A stretch of 64,000 bases of DNA, from contig KV454012.1 in NCBI GenBank assembly GCA_001661245.1, positions 1,074,848 through 1,138,847 on the forward strand, given 5' to 3'. This stretch comes from Pachysolen tannophilus NRRL Y-2460 (lineage: Eukaryota). The position numbers were made by a program, and so were the translations under genes. This document shows, in pieces, positions 47,113 to 58,745 of the stretch. The number at the start of each line of letters is the position of its first letter. Position 1 is the stretch's first letter. Below the pieces are notes generated by a model that worked only from the letters and a program-made list of their open reading frames with translations, was not told where the DNA came from and ran no database searches.

Positions 47113-47368
47113 CTAAATTTTCCAATTCAGAGAAAAAAGAAGGTAAATTAACAACAACACCTGAACCAACTAAATTAAGACAATTTGGATTAACTAAACC
47201 AGAAGGAAGCATATGAAAATCATATTTAACATCACCAACAACAATAGTATGTCCAGCATTATTACCACCCTGACATCTTGCACAAACATCAATGTCATCA
47301 CATAAAATATCAACCAACTTTCCCTTACCTTCGTCCCCCCATTGAGCTCCTAATACAACATCAGCCAT
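47113..47368 (-). pseudogene. ADE12: 5' part (85 codons) of adenylosuccinate synthetase; runs into a premature stop (GFKI*, 47099) after the breakpoint
   Basis: [20 protein letters not shown] (P-loop), [15 protein letters not shown], ending [10 protein letters not shown]. Confidence 0.92.
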
Positions 47369-47571
47369 ATTCAAAAGTATCCTAATATCTATTTAAAAAT
47401 TAAAATACTTTTTTTTGTTTCTTCTTCTTCTACTATCTTTTAATTTGAACGCAATGTTAACAAAACGTTACCAACCAAAACCGAAAAAAAAAAAAAAATT
47501 TTTTTTGTTAAAAGATTCAATACTAATCTTTAAATATATAATTAAGCAAACAAACAAACAAACGAACAACC

Positions 47572-47711
47572 TGACTCACAACAAAATTTACTAACTACCT
47601 TATACCTAGGCCTACCTTAACCTTTCTTTTCTTTGACCTATAAGAATCCAATCACTCACACATACAAATTGTAATTTTAGACGCACATGAAAATTTTTAA
47701 AAAATTGACTC
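47572..47711. promoter_or_regulatory. TGACTC(A) sites (Gcn4/Bas1 type) in the ADE12 promoter
   Basis: TGACTCA at 47572-47578 and TGACTC at 47706-47711, 200-340 bp upstream of the ATG, typical of purine genes. Confidence 0.55.
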
Positions 47712-48160
47712 TGACTTCCCATTTTGTGCTTTTGAACACGACTTCTGATTTTTCTTCACCTTCTCCACGGTTCGGTAGGTGAAACCAAGAGAGACCGAGC
47801 TGCAGCAACAGCAGCATCAAGTCCTGCTGATGCTGCTGCTGATATTGTTGTAGCTAATGCATAGGAAATTAAATATATAAGCATATAGTATATAGATAGG
47901 TATTTATTTATAAAAGTTATAAAAGAAAACAGTATATACGAATAAAAAATAGGGTATCGATATATATATATATTTAATTCATATATATATGATTCTAAAC
48001 GAAATAAAAAGGATTATAGAAAAGTTAAACCAAAAACCACCATGTAGTTCAAAAGAATCTCAAAAGTTAAAATAAAAAAAATAATATATAGACAGAAGAA
48101 AGCTTTCTGTCCGTTTATCCAAAAAACTTTTTTTTTTTTTTTTTTTTTTTTTTCTTTCTT

Positions 48161-48456
48161 NNNNNNNNNNNNNNNNNNNNNNNNNNNNNNNNNNNNNNNN
48201 NNNNNNNNNNNNNNNNNNNNNNNNNNNNNNNNNNNNNNNNNNNNNNNNNNNNNNNNNNNNNNNNNNNNNNNNNNNNNNNNNNNNNNNNNNNNNNNNNNNN
48301 NNNNNNNNNNNNNNNNNNNNNNNNNNNNNNNNNNNNNNNNNNNNNNNNNNNNNNNNNNNNNNNNNNNNNNNNNNNNNNNNNNNNNNNNNNNNNNNNNNNN
48401 NNNNNNNNNNNNNNNNNNNNNNNNNNNNNNNNNNNNNNNNNNNNNNNNNNNNNNNN
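48161..48456. other. Assembly gap
   Basis: N run flanked by poly(T). Confidence 0.99.
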
Positions 48457-48474
48457 TTTTTTCCTTTTTTCCAA

Positions 48475-48505
<31 letters not shown>

Positions 48506-48540
48506 CTTCTTTCGTTTTTTTTTTTTGCTAATAATTTTTT

Positions 48541-48586
48541 CACCACTCACCACTCACCACTCACCATTTACCATTCACCATTCACC
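48541..48586. repeat. 7-bp tandem repeat (CACCACT/CACCATT) just downstream of the SUN gene
   Basis: caccact caccact caccact caccatt taccatt caccatt cacc. Confidence 0.75.
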
Positions 48587-48622
48587 AGTGCCAGTACTGG
48601 GTACCAAGTTTTCTAGTTGAAA

Positions 48623-49795
48623 TTAGTAAAAGACAAATTTTGCAGTTGATCCAGAAGGAACAGAAGCTGTACAACCATCAGTTGAATCACCAGAGAAAGA
48701 ACCATCAACATAAGAACAAGCACCACTAATTGTACCTGTAGCTGAAGTAATCTTAACACTGTAATTTGGAGCATCAGAATTGTTTGGATTTGGAATCAAA
48801 GATAAATAAGTGATACCATCAATGTATCCAGCACCCAAGACAACTGGAGCCCAATTACCAACACCAGAACCAGAAGTTCCCCAAATACAACCATCTTCAA
48901 CAGAAACACCTGCATTGTTAACATAATATTGAGCAGAAGTTTCTTTACCTTCCCATTGATAATAAGTACTTTCATTGACAACACTAATTGGTTTTGATCC
49001 ACCAGCAGATAATAAAGTTGGAACAACCATACTTTCAGAACCTGGATAATCAGTTCTACAAAGAGCAACATCATCAGTAAGTTGAGAAACAGCCTTGGCA
49101 GTATCAGCACCCCATTCACATAAATAATTTGAATCAGAATTTGATTTATACAAGTAACCATCTTTACAATACAAACCACCAACTGAAATACCACTTGAAG
49201 GTTGAGAAGAAGGCCATTGAGTCTTTGACATACCAGCTTGACAAGCATAAGAACAATAATAACCATCTTCACAAGAAGTTGCAGTGTTACCACTTTCATC
49301 CATGATTGAAGCCCAGCCATTATAATCTAACCAATCTAAAGCAATGACACCTTGACCTGATGGGAAATCAGAACAACTAACAGTACCATCTTCAAATTCT
49401 TCAGTTGGATTTTCAAAATCACTTAAATCACCTGAAATATCCGAAGTATCAGATGATGATGATGATGATGATGATGAAGAGGAAGTTGATGATGAAGTAG
49501 AACTTTCTGTAGAAGTAGCACTAGAAGAAGAGGAAGAAGCCTCTGAACTTGAAGTTGAAGTGGCTTCAGAGAAACTTGAAGTAGAAGATTCTTTTTCTGG
49601 AGCAGATGTGGATGTAGCATCACCAACACTAATACTGGTTGAAACACCACCTTGTGCACCTGCAGTGACAATAACAGTTTCAGTAACGTATTCGTAAACT
49701 GGTGCTCTCTTGTGCATGTTGTGGTGGTGTTGCAATGGGACCGAGGCAACAACTGAGGCCAAGGCCAAAACTGATAAAACTGAAGTAGATTTCAT
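48623..49795 (-). CDS. SUN-family secreted cell-wall beta-glucanase-like protein (Uth1/Sim1/Sun4/Nca3)
   Basis: Signal peptide, HHHNMHKR Kex2 site, Ser/Thr linker; [57 protein letters not shown]. Confidence 0.93.
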   Translation of the reverse strand: MKSTSVLSVLALASVVASVPLQHHHNMHKRAPVYEYVTETVIVTAGAQGGVSTSISVGDATSTSAPEKESSTSSFSEATSTSSSEASSSSSSATSTESSTSSSTSSSSSSSSSSSDTSDISGDLSDFENPTEEFEDGTVSCSDFPSGQGVIALDWLDYNGWASIMDESGNTATSCEDGYYCSYACQAGMSKTQWPSSQPSSGISVGGLYCKDGYLYKSNSDSNYLCEWGADTAKAVSQLTDDVALCRTDYPGSESMVVPTLLSAGGSKPISVVNESTYYQWEGKETSAQYYVNNAGVSVEDGCIWGTSGSGVGNWAPVVLGAGYIDGITYLSLIPNPNNSDAPNYSVKITSATGTISGACSYVDGSFSGDSTDGCTASVPSGSTAKFVFY

Positions 49796-51388
49796 TTTTC
49801 AAAAAAATAAAAATGTAATATTAGCTAAAAAAAAACTTTTTTTTCAATAATAACAATAATAAATTGATATAAAAAAATGAACAAGCAATTAAAAGAATGT
49901 GGTATCGAAACTTGGAGTTTTCAAATCAAATTCAAAAAACGAATGAGTGACTTTTGTCTTTTTATCTTTCTTTTCAAAAAAATAAAAAATTAAAAAAAAA
50001 TTAAAAATGAATAAACAATTAAAATATATATGGCAATTAACAAAAGGAAAGACTGAAAGTTGGATAGCTCTGTATATATCTAATTAATTATTAAAAGAAT
50101 GTGGATAATTTTTTTTTTTTTTTACTCTAAAGAAGAAGAAAAAAATAAAAAAGAATTATAATCAGTTCTAAGTTTCAATTAGTTTTTAATTAAATAAATA
50201 ATTAAAAAAGAGAAAAAAAAAAGAATATTAAAATACCTTTTGTTAGTAAAAAATAAGGGGGATCTCAATTTGTTTATATATTCTTGAGTAATTCGCCGTA
50301 GTTTTTTATTTTTTTTAAAAAAATTAAAGAATTTTAAAGAAAATTTAAGTTCCTATATTATTACGCTCTTTTCTTTTTTTAAGACCTTCAAAAAGAAATG
50401 ATTTGAACTTCAACAAGGTGAGATCTGACCGAACCTACGTAAACACAATTTTTTTAAATTTTAAATTGTCTACATATTATGCATATTTCTGCATTTGGGT
50501 GCATATTGGTACGTGCCGGTACTTATAGGTATGTATGAGTGCATATCTAAACATGCGCGCTCTGCCTGAGCATCGAGTCTAGATTTCTTGTCCCTGATTT
50601 TTTCTTTTCGCTCTAAAGAAAAGAATTTGATGAATAGTTTTTTTTAAGGTAGTGATAAAAGAATGAGAGTAGCCATTGGAAAGTCTAGCTTGAACTTGGA
50701 CTAGTCTATTGCTAGTAAGCTGAAGATCTAAGTTACAGATAAAGCTACTTTTTTTTGTGTTTTTTTTCTTCTGGATTTTGGCTTTTGGCTTAGTTAGTTT
50801 GTTTATTTTTTTTATTTGGCTGATGGTTTGAAACTGGGCTTATAATAATAGCTTGAGAAACACGTCATGGGTTTTTTTTTTATAAAATTTACTTTTTGGG
50901 TTTGGTCGTGTACAAATTATTTATGCATGAAGGACTGTTTTAATTTTTTTTTTATTGTTATTTATTTTACTCATGTATCTATGGCAATTTTTTTTTTTCT
51001 ATATAAAAATTTTTTTTATATAGGAAAAAGCCCGTGAAAATATCTTTTAGAGTTTATATAAAGTTTATAGGCTTAGCCGAAGGGTAAATATCAAAGCTTT
51101 AAAATTTTTAAGAGTTTGTCCCTGCCTGCCCTTAATGGGTAAAAGACAAATATACAAAATTCAAAAGATCAGCAATATTTAAGAATTGTAGCAAACAAAT
51201 ACATGTAAACAGTCAATAAACAAAGCAAAAACAATTGTATGTATATATCATATATATATATATATATTTATATATTTATACAATTGAAAGATAATAAGAT
51301 TAATTCGATTGGCGGTGGAAATTGTTGGCTTTTCGTTTTCCGCTTTTCTCTGTTTTTTTTTTTCTTGTTCTTTTTTTTTTTTTNTTTT

Positions 51389-52126
51389 NNNNNNNNNNNN
51401 NNNNNNNNNNNNNNNNNNNNNNNNNNNNNNNNNNNNNNNNNNNNNNNNNNNNNNNNNNNNNNNNNNNNNNNNNNNNNNNNNNNNNNNNNNNNNNNNNNNN
51501 NNNNNNNNNNNNNNNNNNNNNNNNNNNNNNNNNNNNNNNNNNNNNNNNNNNNNNNNNNNNNNNNNNNNNNNNNNNNNNNNNNNNNNNNNNNNNNNNNNNN
51601 NNNNNNNNNNNNNNNNNNNNNNNNNNNNNNNNNNNNNNNNNNNNNNNNNNNNNNNNNNNNNNNNNNNNNNNNNNNNNNNNNNNNNNNNNNNNNNNNNNNN
51701 NNNNNNNNNNNNNNNNNNNNNNNNNNNNNNNNNNNNNNNNNNNNNNNNNNNNNNNNNNNNNNNNNNNNNNNNNNNNNNNNNNNNNNNNNNNNNNNNNNNN
51801 NNNNNNNNNNNNNNNNNNNNNNNNNNNNNNNNNNNNNNNNNNNNNNNNNNNNNNNNNNNNNNNNNNNNNNNNNNNNNNNNNNNNNNNNNNNNNNNNNNNN
51901 NNNNNNNNNNNNNNNNNNNNNNNNNNNNNNNNNNNNNNNNNNNNNNNNNNNNNNNNNNNNNNNNNNNNNNNNNNNNNNNNNNNNNNNNNNNNNNNNNNNN
52001 NNNNNNNNNNNNNNNNNNNNNNNNNNNNNNNNNNNNNNNNNNNNNNNNNNNNNNNNNNNNNNNNNNNNNNNNNNNNNNNNNNNNNNNNNNNNNNNNNNNN
52101 NNNNNNNNNNNNNNNNNNNNNNNNNN
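51389..52126. other. Assembly gap
   Basis: N run in the long SUN upstream region. Confidence 0.99.
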
Positions 52127-52661
52127 GATTTCTTCATCTTTGTTGCTTGTATCTTTCTTTTTTTTTTTTTTTTTTTGCCTTGTGGACATATCCGAGCATA
52201 TGGAATCCGTTTTTCTCGAGATTCTTCTGCCTTGATTTATTTTTTAATTTTTTAATTTTTCTATTTTGGATTGAGACATAACTTCGAGGCAAAGTGAAAA
52301 TAAAAGAGTAACCCATATATATATCTACAAGCGATGAGTTTACCTTTGTATATTATACAAAGTATTAAATTTTCTTTGTTCTTTTTTCTTTTGTTTTGTT
52401 TTTTTTAATGTAAGTTAAATGAAAATTTTTTCCTAATATGGGTAAGTAATTAAGCTTATATGCAATGCGGTGCAATAAAAAGTACGCCTTCCCCAATTAC
52501 CGTTTAGTTTAGAACAACCAACCAACAAGCGATTTCTCTTTTACTTAACTATTTTAAAAATTACGAAATCATCTTTTTGAGGTTCTAGAAGTCCCAGATC
52601 TTGTTCTCATGTAATATGAATGATGGATTAGCTTACTTTACTTTGGTAAAAAGCCAAGAAG

Positions 52662-52708
<47 letters not shown>

Positions 52709-53211
52709 AGTATATGATCCTAATGGTCCTCTTAGTAATTGTTTAATACTCCAACTTGTTTTAAAAATGTATTAAACCAAATAACTCTTATGCTACTATT
52801 TTGCTGGAAATTTTTTTTGTAAATCAAAGGATCTTGTATTTAATCAAAGTTCAAAACAATTTTTAATTTTCTTCTTAAAAGCTAAACTAATAAAGAATTA
52901 GACCTTATATAGAAAGAGTTAACTAGAAACTTAAAATGAATTTATTATAAAATACTTTCCAGAGTTTCTAGATTTCAATGCAATAAAAAAAATTTTTTTT
53001 TCATTTATCTCTTTTCATTAACTAGTAGTACGAACATACAAGAATTATTTGGCTGCTAGTATTAATGGGCTAAATTTCCATCCTGTATAGTGTTAAGTAG
53101 GCTTCTTTCATATTCAAGGATAATCTAATCTTCCAACAACGATTTAACTTGAGAAAATAGTACACTACACTAAAAAAGTTTTTTAAACTGAAAAAAAAAA
53201 AAAAAATAGGA

Positions 53212-53315
53212 CTCCTCATCAGGGGCTCGAACCCTGGACATTTCGGTCGACTTCTTTGTCTCGAAATGAAACAATCCTTAAAAGCCGAACGCTCTACCAA
53301 CTGAGCTAATAAGGA
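53212..53315 (-). tRNA. tRNA-Lys(UUU) with a 31-nt intron (53278-53248)
   Basis: TCCTTATTAGCTCAGTTGGTAGAGCGTTCGGCTTTTA-intron-ACCGAAATGTCCAGGGTTCGAGCCCCTGATGAGGAG; A and B boxes, anticodon TTT at 53282-53280, followed by an oligo-T Pol III terminator. Confidence 0.96.
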
Positions 53316-53479
53316 TAGTCCGTTGCTGCAATGAAAATAGAATTAAAGTATACCAGATTGTTTGCAGGATATACTACCACCACTAAAAAAAAACATCTCA
53401 ATCATGGTAATCATCATCGTTACTACTATTTACTACTACTACTACTACTATAATAACATATTTGACTAATAATTATACT

Positions 53480-56044
53480 TTATTTTTGTTTTCTAAAATC
53501 TTCAGTTTTATCGTCTATAATTAAAAATGAATTATCAATTTTCCACACGTCATTGAACCTGGCAACCATTTCATCTAGATTTAAAGTATTCTTGGCTCTA
53601 ATCAATTCCCATTGTTCATTTAAATTACTGTTATCTATGATATATAATTTTTTGAAACATAATTTTAATTCTTTTTTCAATTTTGACTCATTTATGTAAA
53701 TATTATACTTATCTGATAATTCCAATAAATATCTTAAATACTCATAAGGCTCGTAAGATTTCTCTCTCAAATTTAAAAATCCATTTTTAATAATCTCTGA
53801 TATTACTTTATCAGAAAATAAAATTCTTAAAGGATGATTAATATTGAAATGATTTAATTTGTATTTTAAATTTTTCTCATCTTTTAAAATTAATTGAACT
53901 AAATAATTAGAAAAAGTTTCAATTTCTTGTAATGAATTAACATTCAACGACGCAATTAATAATTTTCTCCAAGTATTTATACTAACGGAATCCTTATCCA
54001 ATTGGTAACATTTGATCAATTGTTTTAAAGAATTATAGATGAAATTCTTATTAGAATTGGAAACTTGATTCATATTTACAAATTCATCTTCAAATTCAAG
54101 AAGTTCCAAATTATTATTATTTTTAAAAATTCTACCAGTTACCGTCTCGACAAGTGCGTGTGAAACTTTTTCATTGATTTTTAATTTATAACTAGAATTT
54201 CCATTATTAAAAGTTTCAATATTTTTAATAAGATTGTCAAATTTCAAAAAACATTGTTCTACTTGATCCATCTTTAATTTGAAAAGTATAATTGCACTTT
54301 CTAATTCAACAATCTTTTGTTTGTCATAAAAATCTAACTCAATTTTTTTACTTATCCTTTTATCTTCATCATAATTGTTATGTAAAATATCATTAATATA
54401 ATAATCTAGTTCATAACAATAATTCAATTTATCATATTTACTCAATATTGTTGATTTAACGTTTAATAATCCTTTTAAAAATCCTTTCAGTAATTCAACA
54501 TTTGTCTTGATGAAAAAATTATTATTATTTGAAATGCTGGTAACTTTACTCATCTGAGAAAATTGTTTTAATACTTTGAACGATTCATTAATTCTTGAAT
54601 GAATGTTATTCATATCATTTGGAAAACTATGACTAATCAAAATTTTAATGAATACTCCTAAAACTTTTGCTGGTATATTGAGAACAATTTTTTTTTCTTT
54701 ATAAATCGCTTCCTTGTAGTTAATTAAAGAATCAAAATTTTTCATAAAAATATTATGATCATGACTTGATTTCAAACATCTTATCGAATATATATCTAAA
54801 GTCTCTTTGATATTGTACAGTTTCATTAAATCATTGATATACCTAATGTCTATACATTCAGAGGTTTCATTTAACTCAGTTAATTCTTTAAAATGAATTT
54901 TTTCAATGACATTGAACCAAAACTCCTCATCATAAATAAAGGGATGTTTACTGAATGTCAACAATAAAAAATCTAAATATTCAGTTTGATTCTTGATTTC
55001 TTGAAAATTGAAAGCGTTTATAAATATGTTGATAAACTTTTTAGATGCCCATCGCTTATGATTGACTTTTAAATTGTTTTTTTTATCATTAAGAGAATTC
55101 AAAACATGTAGAATTGATTTATGAAACTTGAAATTCAACAGCATTTGCATAAGCAGAAATAAATAATCTTCTGAATCCTCGGGTAAATCACCCAACCTTA
55201 TCAACATATTGTTCCATGAAATCAAATAGTTAAAGTCATCATAATTGTGGAATAAAAATGGAATTATATGTCCATAAAATCCATCTCTTGTTAAATCCAA
55301 AGTTTTATGAATCTTCAATAAAAATTTCAAACATGAGATGGAATCATCATGTAACATACAAGTTTGGATAATAGGAAGCCAATTAATAGTAATATTTCCA
55401 GAAGTAATCAAAGAATATAATTTTTGATGAGTCAATGCTGCTAAATCATACCTAGTTGATTCCAAAGATGATATTAACATCAATTCATAAAATTTGGATA
55501 AGCTGAAAACAGATTTATAATTATTCAAAGATTTAACAGTATTAACTATTAAGGGCAAGATCACTCTTTCATATAAATTATCATCCATTAGGGATAATTG
55601 AACTGTCAACCTCCAAAATATAAAACTATTAAAATTTTCATCACCGTTGTTCTTTAACGTTTTTAAATACTCAGAAAACAATCGGACATTATTATCAGAT
55701 GAGTATTGAAGCCATTTATACTTCACCGTATTAAAATTAGATTGATCTGTTTGATAAACTGGTAACTCTAATAAATCCCTGGATGAATTGAACGGCAATT
55801 TTTTATTTTTGTGCAATTTCAGCTTCAAAGTAACATTCTCCTTTAACTTGGGAAAATATTGTGAAGCAGAAGAAATGCTGAACTTATCGTTGTTTAAAAT
55901 ACTTGAATCAATATTCTTCAAATCCAGTATCAAGTTTTCACTATCGGTAAAAGACGATGTACTATAGTATTGATAATTGTGCCGTCCCACCTTGAAATTT
56001 ATAGCTGGACATATCATCCTATTCTTGAATATTATGCGCCTCAT
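53480..56044 (-). CDS. Uncharacterised protein, probably mitochondrial (possibly PPR/helical-repeat)
   Basis: 854-codon ORF; Arg-rich, acid-free N-terminus resembling a presequence; no motif recognised with confidence. Confidence 0.55.
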   Translation of the reverse strand: MRRIIFKNRMICPAINFKVGRHNYQYYSTSSFTDSENLILDLKNIDSSILNNDKFSISSASQYFPKLKENVTLKLKLHKNKKLPFNSSRDLLELPVYQTDQSNFNTVKYKWLQYSSDNNVRLFSEYLKTLKNNGDENFNSFIFWRLTVQLSLMDDNLYERVILPLIVNTVKSLNNYKSVFSLSKFYELMLISSLESTRYDLAALTHQKLYSLITSGNITINWLPIIQTCMLHDDSISCLKFLLKIHKTLDLTRDGFYGHIIPFLFHNYDDFNYLISWNNMLIRLGDLPEDSEDYLFLLMQMLLNFKFHKSILHVLNSLNDKKNNLKVNHKRWASKKFINIFINAFNFQEIKNQTEYLDFLLLTFSKHPFIYDEEFWFNVIEKIHFKELTELNETSECIDIRYINDLMKLYNIKETLDIYSIRCLKSSHDHNIFMKNFDSLINYKEAIYKEKKIVLNIPAKVLGVFIKILISHSFPNDMNNIHSRINESFKVLKQFSQMSKVTSISNNNNFFIKTNVELLKGFLKGLLNVKSTILSKYDKLNYCYELDYYINDILHNNYDEDKRISKKIELDFYDKQKIVELESAIILFKLKMDQVEQCFLKFDNLIKNIETFNNGNSSYKLKINEKVSHALVETVTGRIFKNNNNLELLEFEDEFVNMNQVSNSNKNFIYNSLKQLIKCYQLDKDSVSINTWRKLLIASLNVNSLQEIETFSNYLVQLILKDEKNLKYKLNHFNINHPLRILFSDKVISEIIKNGFLNLREKSYEPYEYLRYLLELSDKYNIYINESKLKKELKLCFKKLYIIDNSNLNEQWELIRAKNTLNLDEMVARFNDVWKIDNSFLIIDDKTEDFRKQK

Positions 56045-56251
56045 ATGTGCTTTCTATCGGTCCATTCATATCTATCTATCCATCTAACTATCTATTGTTT
56101 TTGTATAACATACGTTTAAAGCGGTTGATAATAAAATTAATTGATAATTGAATTAAATTGCCTAAAATGAAAACATTAAAAAAAATGAAGTATTTTATTT
56201 TTAAAATTTATTAAATAAATCAGTTAAATTGCCGTAATAAGAGAAGACGAT

Positions 56252-58615
56252 ATGTCTCAACCTATTGGTCATGAAGTGGATGTGCCTATAACTAATTTGG
56301 ATGAAGAGGATGATGATATAGTGGTTTCCGGTGGTGATAATAATTCTGTCAGTGTAGCGAGTGATTTATTTAGAATGGAGGATTATGAAAATGATAACGA
56401 TTCTTTAAATTTAGATAATGACGAAACAGAGGCCAGCTTAACAAATAAGATTAAGTATCAGTTCAATAGGATTTTTGGAAATTCAAATCAGAACCAATAT
56501 ATTAAGTTTAAAGCTCATCGTGATAACGATATAGAGTTGGAAGATAGAAATTCAAATTTTACTAATTTTAGTACGGAAGGTGATGGTGAATCTATTTTAA
56601 ATTTTGAAGATTTTACTGATTTGGGATTGAATAGAAGAAGAAAGCAGTCAAAGACTATAACTTTAAACAAATATCAGTTTTATTTTTTAATAATAGGTTT
56701 TTTAACGTTTTTAATTGGGTTTTCTGTTGTTATAAGTAAAAACAAAAAACAGAATAACAATAAAAATACAACTATTACCAACGGCGGATTACAGAAAACC
56801 ACTAAAGAAGCTTTAACAAATGGAACTCATGATTTTTACCCAACAACGATATTGATATCTTTAGATGGGTTTCACCCCCATTATATTTCAAAAGATTTAA
56901 CACCGTTTATGCATAATTTAATGATAGATGGCTATGGTGCACCTTTCATGATTCCCTCGTTTCCTTCATCTACGTTTCCAAATCACTGGACATTAGCTAC
57001 AGGACTTTACCCATCAGATCATGGAATTGTCGGAAACACTTTTTATGATCCTGTTTCTAAAAGACAATTCATAAATACAAATCCAAAGTTAAGTTTAATA
57101 GAAGATTGGTGGGGTGGTGAGTCGATTTGGCATACCGCAAATTTACAAGGCGTTTCCACTGCTGTACATATGTGGCCAGGAAGTGAAGTTCCATTCACTA
57201 GTAAAGGTGGTGTTCCAATGGAGTTTGATAGATTCAATGGCAGTGAAGTTTTGTCTAAGAAAATTGACAGAGTCTTAGGGTGGTTGGATAGGAATATTTC
57301 TTCTAGACCTGAATTGATTTTATCATATGTTCCAACTATTGATTCTTTAGGTCATAAGTTTGGAATTTCTGGCGAAAAATTAGATGAGGGACTCGGATAT
57401 GTTGATAATTTTTTGGAAACTTTATATATTGGTTTAAAAAACAGAAACTTAACCGATGTTGTCAACGTGGTTATTGTTTCTGATCATGGAATGGCACCAA
57501 CATCAAATAATAGAATCATATTTTTAGATGATATGGTCAATCTTTCTGAAATTGAACATATTGATGGCTGGCCATTATTTGGTTTGAGGCCATTCTCAGA
57601 ATATTCTATTCAAGATATTTATAAAGAAATAATGGATAATCGTAATAAAGATCTTAAAAATGGGAATAAATACGATGTTTATTTAAAGCAGGATTTACCA
57701 AAAGAATGGACATTTGCTGGTAATATTAAAAATCAATATTCAGATAGGATTGCTCCTTTATGGATTGTACCTAAAGTTGGTTATTCAATAATCACACATG
57801 AGGAATACAAAAACAAGAATTATGACTACACTCCAAAAGGTGTTCATGGTTACAATAACACAGAAGTTTTAATGAGAGCTCTATTTTTGGGAACAGGTCC
57901 TTTTTTTAAAGATAGATTAGGCGAAGATTTAAATTCTTTAAAAATAAGGCCTTTTGAGAATATCGAAGTGTACAATATAATTTGTGATTCATTGAATCTC
58001 AAGCCAGCGCCAAATAATGGAACAATCACAGGAGGTACTTCGATTGTAAACTCTAAATATTTATTACCACAAAATTTTGAAGACTTATACGATTACCCTA
58101 ATGTTTCGTTCGTTCATGATGTAAACATAATGAGAGAAAATGCAACTTACGATACACTATGGAGAAATAAAACTAAGAATAATCATCAAGATGAAATGTT
58201 ACCAACAGATAAAGGCCTGTTCCATTCTACTGGAATAGAAGCTTTTAGTTCTATTATTCCCCCACAATCGGTTCCTGATCCTACTTATTACTCAAGTATG
58301 ACAGACAAGAGTCATTTGGGTGAGCTGACTATGGTAGAGACGTCAAAGACAGACACCAGAACTACAGTATCTACGAAAACCACAACTACATCTAAATCTA
58401 AGCCATCAAAAGAAGGAGGTAAAAATCATCACAACGATGATCATGAAGATGATGACGATAAAGATAATCATCATAAGGGAGGTTTCTTTGATGCGATAGC
58501 CGATATATTTGATGATGTTGGTGATGTGGTCGATGATGTTGTAGATGCAGTTGAAAATACATTTGACAACATAGTAGGACATGATAAACCTAATAGTGGT
58601 AAGGATGAAGATTAA
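56252..58615 (+). CDS. NPP1: Type II membrane nucleotide pyrophosphatase/phosphodiesterase
   Basis: Single TM segment; ILISLDGFHP, PSFPSSTFPNHWTLATG, DSLGHKFG, VSDHGM, GVHGYNN. Confidence 0.9.
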   Translation: MSQPIGHEVDVPITNLDEEDDDIVVSGGDNNSVSVASDLFRMEDYENDNDSLNLDNDETEASLTNKIKYQFNRIFGNSNQNQYIKFKAHRDNDIELEDRNSNFTNFSTEGDGESILNFEDFTDLGLNRRRKQSKTITLNKYQFYFLIIGFLTFLIGFSVVISKNKKQNNNKNTTITNGGLQKTTKEALTNGTHDFYPTTILISLDGFHPHYISKDLTPFMHNLMIDGYGAPFMIPSFPSSTFPNHWTLATGLYPSDHGIVGNTFYDPVSKRQFINTNPKLSLIEDWWGGESIWHTANLQGVSTAVHMWPGSEVPFTSKGGVPMEFDRFNGSEVLSKKIDRVLGWLDRNISSRPELILSYVPTIDSLGHKFGISGEKLDEGLGYVDNFLETLYIGLKNRNLTDVVNVVIVSDHGMAPTSNNRIIFLDDMVNLSEIEHIDGWPLFGLRPFSEYSIQDIYKEIMDNRNKDLKNGNKYDVYLKQDLPKEWTFAGNIKNQYSDRIAPLWIVPKVGYSIITHEEYKNKNYDYTPKGVHGYNNTEVLMRALFLGTGPFFKDRLGEDLNSLKIRPFENIEVYNIICDSLNLKPAPNNGTITGGTSIVNSKYLLPQNFEDLYDYPNVSFVHDVNIMRENATYDTLWRNKTKNNHQDEMLPTDKGLFHSTGIEAFSSIIPPQSVPDPTYYSSMTDKSHLGELTMVETSKTDTRTTVSTKTTTTSKSKPSKEGGKNHHNDDHEDDDDKDNHHKGGFFDAIADIFDDVGDVVDDVVDAVENTFDNIVGHDKPNSGKDED

Positions 58616-58745
58616 TTCAAATCAAGTTTAACTTCATAACAATAGGCCATATTCTGTTTCTTCAATCTCTTAAAAGTCTTGTAAATTAAATTTAAAGTCA
58701 TTTATTGCTGTAAGTTAGATATATATTTATTTATTTATACTTTTA

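Noticed and set aside
45930..47115. Spliceosomal trans-splicing to join the two ADE12 halves
   Set aside because: The 5' half ends TTAG|GATTTA with no GT donor, and there is no TACTAAC-like branch point before the 3' half
45900..47125. Recombinase-type inverted repeats or a transposon bounding the inversion
   Set aside because: Only a short AT-rich GAAAATTT match offset from the junction; no TIR, target-site duplication or recombinase ORF in the window
40470..52281. ORFs in the track containing long X runs
   Set aside because: They are artefacts of N gaps and flanking homopolymers
53212..53315. The tRNA as the reassigned CAG-anticodon tRNA
   Set aside because: The anticodon is TTT and the body is a typical yeast tRNA-Lys
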